Source: Oculina patagonica
Taxonomy: Eukaryota
Length of the DNA stretch: 64,000 nt
Assembly (NCBI RefSeq): GCF_052425735.1
Contig: NC_135759.1
Span: 42,594,001-42,658,000 of the forward strand
Direction of reading: 5' to 3'
Part shown: piece after piece, positions 38,824 to 49,987 of the stretch
Layout: each line of letters starts with the position of its first letter
Numbering within the stretch: the first letter of the stretch is position 1
Program-made: the position numbers and the translations under genes
Notes under the pieces: model-generated
Seen by the model: only the letters and a program-made list of their open reading frames with translations
The model's database searches: none
Told to the model about the DNA's origin: nothing

Positions 38824-41594
38824 ATGGCAGACCAGATTTTTAAGTGCATTTTAGTTATTTTGTTTTGTGCCTCGCTATGTGAAGTGCTCGTTTGTGGAGC
38901 TGCCTTATCGCAGCAGACGACGGACAATGGCTGTGCTATTTGTAAACTTCTGAAAACACTGGTCAACAAGCAAAACCAAATTTCACGGCAGAACAAAAAT
39001 CTCGAGAAAAAGATCGATTTGCTTCTTGGATCAAAAGCCAACTGCTTAGAAGGTAGGAAGTATTGTCGAAGTTAGATAATTAAACAGAAATCCGTTTTCT
39101 TTGTATCAACTGGAGTTTCATAGATTGACTCCACAGTACATTATGGAAAACATTCCTTACGATATTTCGGGCCTTATCTATGGAACAAACTAGATCACAG
39201 TGACAGAGAGAAACCAAATATCACGAGCTTTAAAAACAGTATTACACGTCACACGTCTTATACAAACTGAGTGTAAAAGTGACATATGCAGCTAGGCCGA
39301 TTTAAATTTTTAAATGTTTAATTTTTAATTCTTAACTGCAATTTTTATCTTTCACCTACTTTTATTATAAAATTTTATATTTTATTCTCATTTATTTATT
39401 TATTCATTTATTTATCTATTCACCTATGTAGTACGGTTCTTTTTTTCTTAGAATTTAAGTGTAAATATTTTTAACTTTATGTAGCTTAGCCATCCCAAAA
39501 ATGCCGCCCACGCCCGACCGACCCACGAAAAGAAAAAAAAAAAAAAAAAAAAAGCGACCTACGCACCGACGCCTGTATGATGTTGTGTCCAACCGAACCA
39601 GCTGAGGACAAAGACCACGAGTGACGCAGGCCACCAAGCAGCCCGCCCCGGAATCCAGAACCCCAGTGTCACGCCCGACCGACCGACCCACCGTCACAAG
39701 AGACCGGGCGAGGGAAACGAAACATTTATTGGGATGGCCTAGTAGATTTTAATGTAAATAGTGTCCCCAATTAGTTTTTTAAAGCTAAATACCTTGACAC
39801 TATAATAAAGTATTTCATCCATTCACAAAGAAAAAACCTAAACACCATGACACTTTCCCTGCCCTGCACGTAATGAACCAACCGCAAAATCGTTTATTTC
39901 CGGCTGCCGGCGGGAGTCAAGGTTACCATCAGCTTTTCAAAAACACTGGTAAGTTGAAATGAAAAGGAAAAAAATAACTATTTACGGCCGAAATGTGTCT
40001 TAGCAATGCGAAACCTTATTGAAGACCACTGGTTGGATCAGTTCAACGAAGCGCAAGGAAACAATTTGGTTTGATGATATTCTAAAATTATTGTAAAAAA
40101 AAAAACGAATTCTAAACAAAAAACAAAACTTCACAAACAAAACAATAACGAAAACAAAACAACTTGTAAAAATGTGGTCATACGATTGTCGGTTTATCAC
40201 TTGCACTATGCCCACTACATTCAACCTTTTGAAACAGAAAAGGTTTTGGCAATCTGCCTTTCACACACACACACAGCTAGGCAATGAACAAGCAAGTTGG
40301 CTCGGTTGAAACATTCCCATTGTACGCGTGTTATACATTTCAATTAATTTGTATTTTTAAGCCCAAATCACGCTTGTTTTGCTTTTCACTCAGTGAATCA
40401 AACAGACTGCACTGACGTCTATAGCTGCGGTCAAACAGTCAGCGGTGTGTACACAATCCACCCAGACGGCCAACAGCCCTTTGATGTGTATTGTGACCAG
40501 ACCACTGCCGGTGGGGGCTGGACAGTATTTCAGAAGAGACTGGACGGCTCTGTGGATTTTTACCGCGGCTGGGCCGACTACAAAGCGGGGTTTGGGCACT
40601 TGAATGGCGAGTATTGGCTGGGACTTGATAAGCTGCACGGATTAACCACAAACAACAACAAGAGATACAAACTGCGCGTGGATTTGGAGGACACTACCGG
40701 AAACACGGCCTACGCTGAGTACGGTTATTTTGCTGTGTCCAGTGAACAGTCCAAGTATCAGTTGAGCCTTGGAACCTATTCCGGTAAGGCTGCAGCATCT
40801 TTTTTTGTTCTTTTTGGTAACGAGGCGAAGTATGCTTCCTTAATTTACAACCACAGTTCTTGTTTGGTAGAAATGATTGGGTGCAATGTTTTCAGAGTCA
40901 CGCACAGGAGCAAGTTGGGCCCTCGTCCGAACTCTATAAATCGTGATACATGAAAGGTTGGCAGAAAAGCCTGGCTATCTGGCTTTCTGGCTGTCTTTTA
41001 ATGACGAGTATCTTCTAGGTCTAGGCAGGAGCCCATCGGTCTAGGACTTTATATGTTTGCAGCTGTGTTTATCATGGTACGTCTTTTAAAATTTGAAGCA
41101 AACCTATCCTAAAAGATGTCCCTCTTAAGAAGGTGATACATTAAGTCACGACCACATCACCTTGCACCTTTCCTTTTAGAGACTCCCGTCAAAATCTTAA
41201 AAGTCCACCTACGGGCAGCATACAGTTGCTCACTATCTGTGGTGCCATTCATAGTTATTGCCTTTTATATATTCTGTCAAGAGAAGTCATATAATCCAGG
41301 TCTTTTTTATTGTTTGTAGGAACTGCAGGTGATTCCTTATCCGGTGTAAAAAGTGAAGCATTCTCAACAAAAGACCGTGACAATGACGCATATGGCAGAG
41401 GTAGCTGCGCTGTCATGTATCACGGTGCGTGGTGGTACGGCTCATGTCACAGCTCTAACTTGAACGGTCGTTATCTTCATGGTGCCCATTCCTCCTACGC
41501 TGACGGAGTAAACTGGCGCACTTGGAAGGGATACCGTTACTCTGCTAAACGCGCGGAGATGAAAATTCGTCCCGTTGGTTGGATTCCATCGTAA
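38824..41594 (+). CDS. Secreted FReD lectin copy E, ~297 aa, intact
   Basis: Exons 38824-39052, 40394-40783, 41320-41594 splice to an 894-nt open frame with FBG motifs. Confidence 0.92.
39115..39260 (+). mobile_element. LINE (L2/CR1-like) 3' fragment
   Basis: [18 protein letters not shown] motif typical of LINE ORF2 C-termini, followed by an AT-rich tail. Confidence 0.6.
39488..39740. mobile_element. MITE with GCCATCCCAA TIR
   Basis: AGCCATCCCAAAAATG...CATTTATTGGGATGGCCT; internal CCGA repeats. Confidence 0.65.
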
Positions 41595-44500
41595 AAGTCA
41601 TGCAGGCAGTTTATTTCCAATAATTTCTTTTAATCCATTAGAGTTAAAAAAGCGATCACTAAAGCCAATAGCCAGTGTTACGGATGATTTATAACGATTT
41701 TAATAATTTTTTAACAATGCAGGCAAGGTTAACAATTGTAATCTTTAAATCAGTGAAGGGATTTGTTGACTATGTGATTATCCTAAGTTGTAACATGAGG
41801 AAATAAAAACAAGAAATAAAGCAGTTCGTCGTCAATGTCTTCCTGCACTTGGATACCCAGTCTGATGACGTCATCGCTTTAAATCATCGCACGACTGGCA
41901 GGATCTGTTGTCTGTTTCGCGCGATCGAACAGAAGTCAAGTTTAATTTATTTATTTCAACGTCAACTTGCGTGAAATATCTTGTTCACGTTTCAAGGAAT
42001 CCAAAAACGCTTCGCTAATCGGCCCATATATGTATGCTCTGGGATGTTTTGTAAATTTTTAGTTATGTTTGGGAGGAGATAATTCTTCTCAAAGGATTAG
42101 TAAAATTGAGTGAAATAAGAAATATTGAAGATTTTATGTTGCTCTCAAATTAGAATTTGAAGTTAAAAATTTGTAGATGGACACCAAGACAGTTTCCTGA
42201 CAACCTGTATTGTTTCTGCGTAGGGGACAACTGTCTGGTGGCGTTCCAAAAATAATATTCTTTCTTCTCTTCCTTCTTAAAATTTCATTCAAATTCAGGT
42301 AGTACCCCCGGGGGGGTCATTCCCACATATGGGCTATATAGGTATGTGCCGCTGTGAAGGGTATGGTTTTTAAGAAGTTTAGTCTGGGATTAAGAGTATA
42401 GAAATAAGAGAGTTTTGGTCTAGAATAGGGTATCATTTGTTTGGAAACTGATCGGTGGTATGAAGAATTAAGTCCAAAATAGGAATAGAAACTCGGAAGA
42501 GAAAGAAAAATCATTGCGACTACGTTACTGACAGATTGTTTTAAATTAAGAACACTAATAGCGATACATTTCTAAATAAAGCAAGTCTGGAATGGGGTAA
42601 GGATTTCCGGTGTCTAGGTTAGTATTAGCCTCCCATGCAGTAGTAGGGTAAGGGTTTTAGAGTCCTAGCGGCACACCTCTCCCAAAAATATACAGAGTAC
42701 CCCTTCTCTGCATGGAGGTGGGGGGGGGGGGGGCAGAACCCCACCTTAGGCAATCTTCCATTGGGAGATTCTGTCTAACTTCCTCAGACAGAAAGCCATG
42801 ATTGCATACGAAGACAAAGTCTCTTTTTAAAATTGATGATTTCCTTATTTGTTTCATCCATCTGCTTAATGACAATATGTGAGTGACATTATATCAGTTT
42901 TGTTAGCTGACTGGCTGGACGTTATCACTGAGGGTGCATGGGGGAGGGGGAGGAGGGCACAGATGCTGTATGTATCCCAGGAGAAGTATACAGAGGTGGG
43001 AAAAGAGAGGGTTGGAAGTGGACTTCTTTAGGTGGCAGAAAAAAGCAAATTGAAAACTAAGTACACAAATGAAGGGGTAGGAACTGGGGGAAAGTGGATG
43101 GGAAGTTGTAAATTCAGGCCCAGTCTTGCACTTGCCACAATTAAAATTACTAAGAGTGAAAAGGATTTCCATCTAATTTCAACAACGCACATGCAACAGT
43201 TGCATTACTTTCAAATTAAAATTAACTTCAAAATAACGGTTTGTAAAAATTAAGATAGCACAGTGGGACTGAAAAACCAAAGATATTCAATATGTGCCAT
43301 CCATAACCATTTTCATAGCCTGGACACACATTTTTTTTTTTTTTTTTTTTTTAAGGGCCAGCAGTCAGAACACATTACAATCAGATGAGAATTCCTATAA
43401 ACAGTTTTTGTCTGCTTTAGATTATCATCTTGCTTTCAGATGAAGACTAGTACAATGTGAGGAACACTGTCACCGTTTTGCCTTTGGGGAACACTTGTCC
43501 ATGATTATCCTTGCTGTCAGGGAAATTGGGCACTGCATACAGCCCCAGGGGGGGGGGGGTACTCAGGCTTGAAAATGATGGGGATGATCGAATGGAGGTG
43601 AAACTCAGAACCCAAAAAATCCCTAAGTCTTCCGACATTACCCAAAAAAATCCTTGGACCAAAAATACCCCCCCCCCCTCAAAAAAAAAATGTTGTCAAA
43701 TTACCCCTAAATTGCCAGGAGGGGCAATCATATAACACAAAGAAAATCATAAAAATTGAACGCTTGTGTTTGTTTGTTTATTTATCATACCATAAATACG
43801 CCAAGGCACTTTAGTTTGTTTTTGATACCTAAAAAATGCCCTATTTACATCAGGTCACCCAAAAAAATACTTGCCAATTTTTCCAACCCAAAAAAATCCC
43901 GGAATCGAAAATGTCAAACCCAAAAAAATCCTTCGATCATCCCAGTCATTTACAAGCCAGAGTACCCTCCCCCCCCCTGGGCATACAGCTATGGAACTTT
44001 TAAATTACCAGCAGTCAAAGAACGACAATTAATTTCTCACAAAACTACATCACATTGTGGGGAAGTACAAACAAATTTTCCAAAATCTCAGTGGACCTAT
44101 AATATGGATGGAAAGTTGTGTAACTACATGTCAGCATGAGGTTATACCGCAAAAAGCAGTGGTGGATCTAGGGGAGGGGCCCGGGGGGCGGACGCCCCCA
44201 CCTTATTTTGAGTCCAAACTGAGGCCCGAAGGCCTGAAGAAAATTACTTTCGAGAGCGGGCCCCCCCTTTCATCCCCTGGTCTGGATGATCGGGGCCTCA
44301 ATCAATCAATCAATCAGTTATGCAGGGTGCATTCTGTGCACACACCATGCAGAACATACGCGAAGGTCATAACAGTCATTAGTCTACTCCAAGGTCCTTT
44401 ATTATTCTTACCTAAAATAAGTCATCTGAACCCCAGTTAAAACATGCCGACTTTGATTGTGCGAAGATCTTTAGGGTAATCTACATAGAATGCAATCTGG

Positions 44501-44714
44501 ATGAGAAAAGTATCTATTGTATTATGCCTAGTTCCACTAAGTGTTCCAACACAAGTAAAAGAGGTGGACCAAAGTGTCCCAGAATTCTGTAGTTGCTCCC
44601 AAGTTTTCACCAAATGCTCCACATCAGTATCACCAGCCAAGCTGTCTGTACATGTGATAGACTGTCAAAGGCGGAAAGGTTCAAAGGTAGTGATCTGACT
44701 TCATGTAAGTGTTC

Positions 44715-45095
44715 CCGGTAGTACGAAACGAACGAACTAACGAAAATATAAAAGACCACCAGGCGAAAAACGAACGAACTATCCACACAACAGACGCCGC
44801 ACACTCACTTCCTTCCGCACTCACAACAGAGAGTGTGGACGCAAAGTTAAGGCGGGCCCGACCACGCTGATGCCGTATGTTCCGCGACCTTGCGACTGAG
44901 ATGAAGGGGGGGGAGAAGAGCGGGAAGCCTAACAGCCCGGCGGGAGAAGAGAGACAGGGGCCAAAAAAAGAAGAAAGGGGAGGGAGAGCCCCCGAACAAT
45001 CAGGATCCCCCGGCACCACGCCCCCAGAGCGATCCTCGGTCACGACCGACCCGAAGACGACGATGTCGAAATTTTTATCGATTGACTACCCCGGG
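44715..45095. mobile_element. GC-rich 381-bp insertion with 7-8-bp TSD
   Basis: Direct repeat AAGTGTTC at 44707-44714 and 45096-45103; short imperfect IR (C)CCGGTAGT / ACTACCCCGGG. Confidence 0.65.
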
Positions 45096-45114
45096 AAGTG
45101 TTCTGACTAGTCCT

Positions 45115-45609
45115 TCACCAGAACTTCTTGTGACCGCTCGCTAAGTACATAACGCATCCAACGAAGACTGGCAGGGTAATAATGCTCCTGACCATATGAT
45201 AGCTATTCCACTTGTCTATGGTCTCCCTCACAACACTTTCGCTCTTCTTGCTAGTTATGTCTTCATCGTAGATGGGGTCAATCGAGTTAGGTTTCAGCAC
45301 GAAGAGTGTGTACGGGATAATCGATGCCATCAGACCTCCACCCACAAGGAAAGGCAGACCTTTCTTTGGATTGCAATAGTACGCCCCGGCACCTGAAATT
45401 GCTGACAGCAGCGCCAAGCGACTTTGAAGGACTTTCGCTCGATCAAAGCTCTCCATCCATTCTTTGTGACACGACTTCGTATCGGGCAGTGTCATTCGCG
45501 CCGGATGTTCCACGAGGTTGATGTACACTGCGCCCCCAACAAACATGCCGGCAGCTACAGTGGAAACAACTTCGAGACACGGAAATAAGTCGTCCAAATC
45601 GAACCCCAT
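45115..45609 (-). CDS. DUF1772 / anthrone-oxygenase-like membrane protein, paralog 1
   Basis: Intronless 164 aa; GMFVGGAVYINLVEHPARM, W..SFDRA, PYT, W..YHMVRS; about four hydrophobic helices. Confidence 0.85.
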   Translation of the reverse strand: MGFDLDDLFPCLEVVSTVAAGMFVGGAVYINLVEHPARMTLPDTKSCHKEWMESFDRAKVLQSRLALLSAISGAGAYYCNPKKGLPFLVGGGLMASIIPYTLFVLKPNSIDPIYDEDITSKKSESVVRETIDKWNSYHMVRSIITLPVFVGCVMYLASGHKKFW

Positions 45610-46623
45610 AATGGAAACAATTCCCGTCCAACAAATTCAATACAGTGCGTGCAGATTTTGCAAGGGAACACCCAAAGACTACTGCGCAACGAAGAATCGC
45701 GCATTCATTTTGTTGATTGCTGCTTTGTGAGTGGGCGCCGAGTCTTGAGGAGTCACGCAACGAGCGCGAAAAAATTCGGCGAATTGGTTTATTTAAGGTT
45801 GAAATTTCAAGGAATCGTTTCCAATGTTTCGTAGAAAATTTATAAAAAGGGGGACGCCTGATTCCCATTACAACGAATCCTTTTTGGAAAATTTCGTGAA
45901 GCAGAGGCACAAGCGAAAGACCATTGTTTGGTTTTGTTTATTTTTCGCACCCCTTGGGCTTTGGCGCCCGACAGATTATTGAAAAAAAAAGGAACTTGAA
46001 AGGCTAATCGCAGGTTAGAAAAATGTAGTTCAAGAAACTCAATGCGTGGTTCACTAAATATTTAAGCTTTAAAATGTTTACCACGGGCGCACTTCAAAAC
46101 AACAACAAAAAAGTAACGCAAGAGTCATGTCACGCTCTCCTGAAAAACTTCCCACAAACGTTTCCTTTGTTTCTTTTTCATCCTGCCGAGTCGGTTTCAT
46201 ATACAGCTGTTGGCAAACTACTTCTCACTGAACATGGATTGAAATTAAGCCAAACTAAAAAAATCACAGCTTCTGAAAATCAGTCTTAAATTAAAAAAAA
46301 CTCCACCGCAGTGTGGTGAAAAAACCTTTATTTTTCAGCAATTGTACAGCACTGAATAGTTTTGTACAACCGACGTGCAAATATTAAAGGGATATACAAT
46401 ATACATACGCCTTTTACAAATATAATAACAAAATCAGCATCAATATTTTTCAAGTTACAGCTCGAAGCCTCGGTTTAAAATGAATACAAAGAATATTTCC
46501 CCCGCCGTCAATAATATATATTATGGCGGTATTTCTCGTGCAACCAAACCCAAAGCAAATAGCCTGAAGTACATTTTTAGTCAGTGCCCACCGACATATC
46601 AAAGACCATCAACATGGCGTCCT

Positions 46624-47097
46624 TCATTTGTAGATAATGTTGTAGACACACCAGGCGAATGCAGTCAAATCTATCACGGTACGAACCTTGTGAAATGTGT
46701 TCCAATTGTCCACCGTGTCCCTTACTTCGGCTGGATCCATTTTGCCTGCGACTTCATAATCATAGATCGGATCAATAACACGAGGCTTCATGGCTATAGC
46801 AGTGTAGGGCATATTGAAGGCCATCAGACCAGCTGTAACCAGCCAGGGTTTTCCTTTGCTTTGGTTCATAGCGAACGCTGCTATTCCTCCAGCTAGCGGC
46901 AGCAGTGATGTCCCAGCCATCAGGTACTTGGCGCGATCGAAGCTTTCCCTCCATTGCCGATGAAGAGATTGTACATCATCAAGTTCCATTCTTGCGGGAT
47001 GTTCTACAAGGTTAATGTAGATCGCTCCACCTGCTATTACACCCGTGGCCACTGTGGAAGCGAATTTGATGAACTTGAAAGCATCCTCGGCGTCCAT
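46624..47097 (-). CDS. DUF1772-like protein, paralog 2
   Basis: Intronless 157 aa; GAIYINLVEHPARM, WRESFDRA, WNTFHKVRT. Confidence 0.85.
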   Translation of the reverse strand: MDAEDAFKFIKFASTVATGVIAGGAIYINLVEHPARMELDDVQSLHRQWRESFDRAKYLMAGTSLLPLAGGIAAFAMNQSKGKPWLVTAGLMAFNMPYTAIAMKPRVIDPIYDYEVAGKMDPAEVRDTVDNWNTFHKVRTVIDLTAFAWCVYNIIYK

Positions 47098-47524
47098 GAT
47101 CCAAAAAAAGAAGGCGCAAATTCTACAGATTCAAACGAGTTTACTCTAAGCCTGACCTTCGAACGCTCTTGCGGTGAATATAAAACACGGGTGGATTGAT
47201 TTACATATTGCGCGTTGTTTTTGTTTTATAATTTATGACAAAAGTCCAACATCTGAACATAAATTATACTGAGGGTCGACGGGACGAAAAATTTTTCCTG
47301 TGGTATTAGACTTTTTGCGGGGTAAGAAAAAAACACAGTTCAAAAACTATATTATTTCAATATCTTTATTGAGCCTTTTTCGCTACAATGCACTGATACC
47401 AGTCGCTCAGTTCATGCAAATTACATTTGTCACGTAAATAGACCCTCAATTAGGCAAGATCACAGGCGGTTGACCATAGTTCCCAAGCTAGTGTAACAAG
47501 TTAGGCACTTCATGTTGATATAAC

Positions 47525-47998
47525 TCAATTGTACACAAGGTTGTACACACACCAAGTGAACGCGGCAAGGTCCATTACAGTACGGACCTTGTGAAGCGTG
47601 TTCCATTTATCCACTGTATCTTTGACCACGGCTGGGTCCCTTCTGGCGACAACATCATAGTCACTGATGGGTTGAATAGAACGAGGTAATATTACCAAGG
47701 CAGTAAATGGCACGTTAAAGGCTAGCATGCCCGCTGCAATGAGCCATGGCTTTCCTTTGCTGTGGTTTATAGCATACGCTGCTATTCCTCCACTGATGGG
47801 AATGAGCGACACACCTATCATGAGTTTCTTGGCGATATCGAAGCCTTCTTTCCATTGCCTGTGCAGTGACTTCACATCGTCGATTTTCATGCGCGCGGGA
47901 TGTTCCACAAGGTTGATATAGAGCGCTGAGCCAGCCATTATACCGGTGCCAATTGTTGTGGCGAGTTTGATCAACTTGAAAGCATCTTCTGATTCCAT
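47525..47998 (-). CDS. DUF1772-like protein, paralog 3
   Basis: Intronless 157 aa; close paralog of 46624-47097. Confidence 0.85.
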   Translation of the reverse strand: MESEDAFKLIKLATTIGTGIMAGSALYINLVEHPARMKIDDVKSLHRQWKEGFDIAKKLMIGVSLIPISGGIAAYAINHSKGKPWLIAAGMLAFNVPFTALVILPRSIQPISDYDVVARRDPAVVKDTVDKWNTLHKVRTVMDLAAFTWCVYNLVYN

Positions 47999-48652
47999 TT
48001 TGGTGCTGTATTCGAGTGCAGACTGTAGCCAGTACTGGTGTTACGGAGTGTGTGACACAATGAGTTCCAAGTATTAAATTTGCATACCGCATGCATGGCA
48101 ATTGATGTTTTCTCTGGACGCGCCTTGTCGGTTATTTATTTAATCCTTTGAGCTGCGTTTTCGCGCCTTTTTAATTTACTTCACACCTTCAAATTATAAT
48201 CTGTTCTTGAAGATCCATTACCATCACGTACACCTTATTGCGAAGAGCCAACATAACATGCACAATCTAAAGTTAATGCTCTCTTTTCGGACCATGGATT
48301 TATACACTGAAAGACCTGCATGAAATGATTGCGAAACTTTCACTTTCTTTGTAAGTGTTGCAAGGGTTAACACCGCATTCTACAACAAAACAACCGAGTT
48401 CCATGCATTTTAGACTAATTTTATTGTTATAAAACTTAATCATTTTACATTATTGACAGCTGTCATCGTTTGGTCGGTCCTTGTTGTCGTGTCACGCTAT
48501 TGCACCACGGGTGGTGGGTGTGATTATTTGTTTTGAAAAAACAAGGTCCGCGTCCTTTGCTAAATGCAAAGTAGTTGGAAGTCACTTCTTCGTGGGTTGC
48601 CAATTTTCTGATTAAAAACAGGAACAGCGTTTTAAAATCGAATCGATTCAAT

Positions 48653-49138
48653 ATGGCGAGCTTTGACATGAGCCCAGAGAAAATCTTCCCTCTAATCGAG
48701 TGCATCAACACGTTTCTTTGCGGCCTGATGACAGGAATAGCAGTGTACGTAGTAGCAGTGGAGCAGCCGTCACGAATGACCATGAAGGATCCTGTAGCAA
48801 TCCATCGACAGTGGCTGACTAGTTTCCACCGCTGTGCTCGGCTGATGATGAGCCTGTCACTGTTTCCTCAGATCTCCGGTGTTGTGGTGTACTACATGGA
48901 CCGTACCCGCGGCCTTCCGTGGCTAGTCGTGGCTGGATTGCTCCTGTTTAACATGCCTTATACCTTGCTGGTTTTAAAGCCATACTTCATTGATCCTATC
49001 CTGGATGAAAACACTTGTTCCAAGAAGGATCATAAGTACGTGGTTGACAGGGTGGTGAAGTGGAGCAGAGCTCATTTGGTTCGTGTGTTGATAAATGTTA
49101 TCGCCTTTTCTGTATGCATTCATACCGTTGTATACTAG
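48653..49138 (+). CDS. DUF1772-like protein, paralog 4 (divergently oriented)
   Basis: ATG at 48653 (MASFD...); AVYVVAVEQPSRM, FNMPYT, WSRAHLVR. Confidence 0.8.
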   Translation: MASFDMSPEKIFPLIECINTFLCGLMTGIAVYVVAVEQPSRMTMKDPVAIHRQWLTSFHRCARLMMSLSLFPQISGVVVYYMDRTRGLPWLVVAGLLLFNMPYTLLVLKPYFIDPILDENTCSKKDHKYVVDRVVKWSRAHLVRVLINVIAFSVCIHTVVY

Positions 49139-49946
49139 CTATAGCTTCATCATGCGATCGACTGTTGACCTCGAAGAGATCATCTCTAGGATCTGGAGTT
49201 TGAAGTATCACGCTTTCTGGCTCAAGCATGTGCCAAGTTGTAGCTTCCCGGCACACGTAGTAATGTATACAGTGTATATGTGACTTTGAACATGAGTATA
49301 TTCGAAAGATGTTTATTTTTATTGTCTTTTTTAGTTTATTAGCGCTTCAAGAGTTTATTTTGAAAACTGTTTTGTCCATTTGTACAGAATGTGCGTGTGT
49401 TTACTGAAGCAAGTGAACTCTTAACTAGCGCGGGCGAGGTATTGTAAATTGCTAAATAAATTCAAGTACTTGTTATGTTACTATAGCTAATTACTGCGGA
49501 TGTAACAATATCTTATGATCATGTAAGATTTTTGCGAAATAAAGTTTTAACTGGCAACTTTATCAACAGTTTATTCTTTATTGCTTGCAGGATTGTACCC
49601 CGGTTCACAATTATGCTCGGTTATGGCTACGCCTGGTTGACCCTGTTTTTGTACTAAAACAATTGAACCTTTACTCCGCAGGCGAGAAGCAAAAAAAAAA
49701 TAACGAAGCGACGAAAAATCTAAAGAACGAAAGAACTAAAGCACGAAAGATTAAAAAGAAAAAAAAAGAAAACTGAACTAACGAATTATTTAATGAAAGA
49801 GCGAAAAAGAGCAAAGGAAAGAACGAACAGAAGAACGAATGCACGAAAAAAATAAATAAAAGAACGAAGAATGCGCGGAAACTGGGCACTACTCGCCCTT
49901 AGAAACTCACGGGGCAACCCCTATTTATCCTTACACACGTGGTACG

Positions 49947-49975
49947 ATTCTTCCTCTTTTCGCCGGCCATCTTGA
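49947..49975 (+). promoter_or_regulatory. RPL4 TCT/5'TOP polypyrimidine start with downstream YY1-like site
   Basis: ATTCTTCCTCTTTTCGCCGGCCATCTTG lies just upstream of the ATG-only first coding exon, a typical ribosomal-protein promoter layout. Confidence 0.7.
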
Positions 49976-49987
49976 AATTACGATAAA

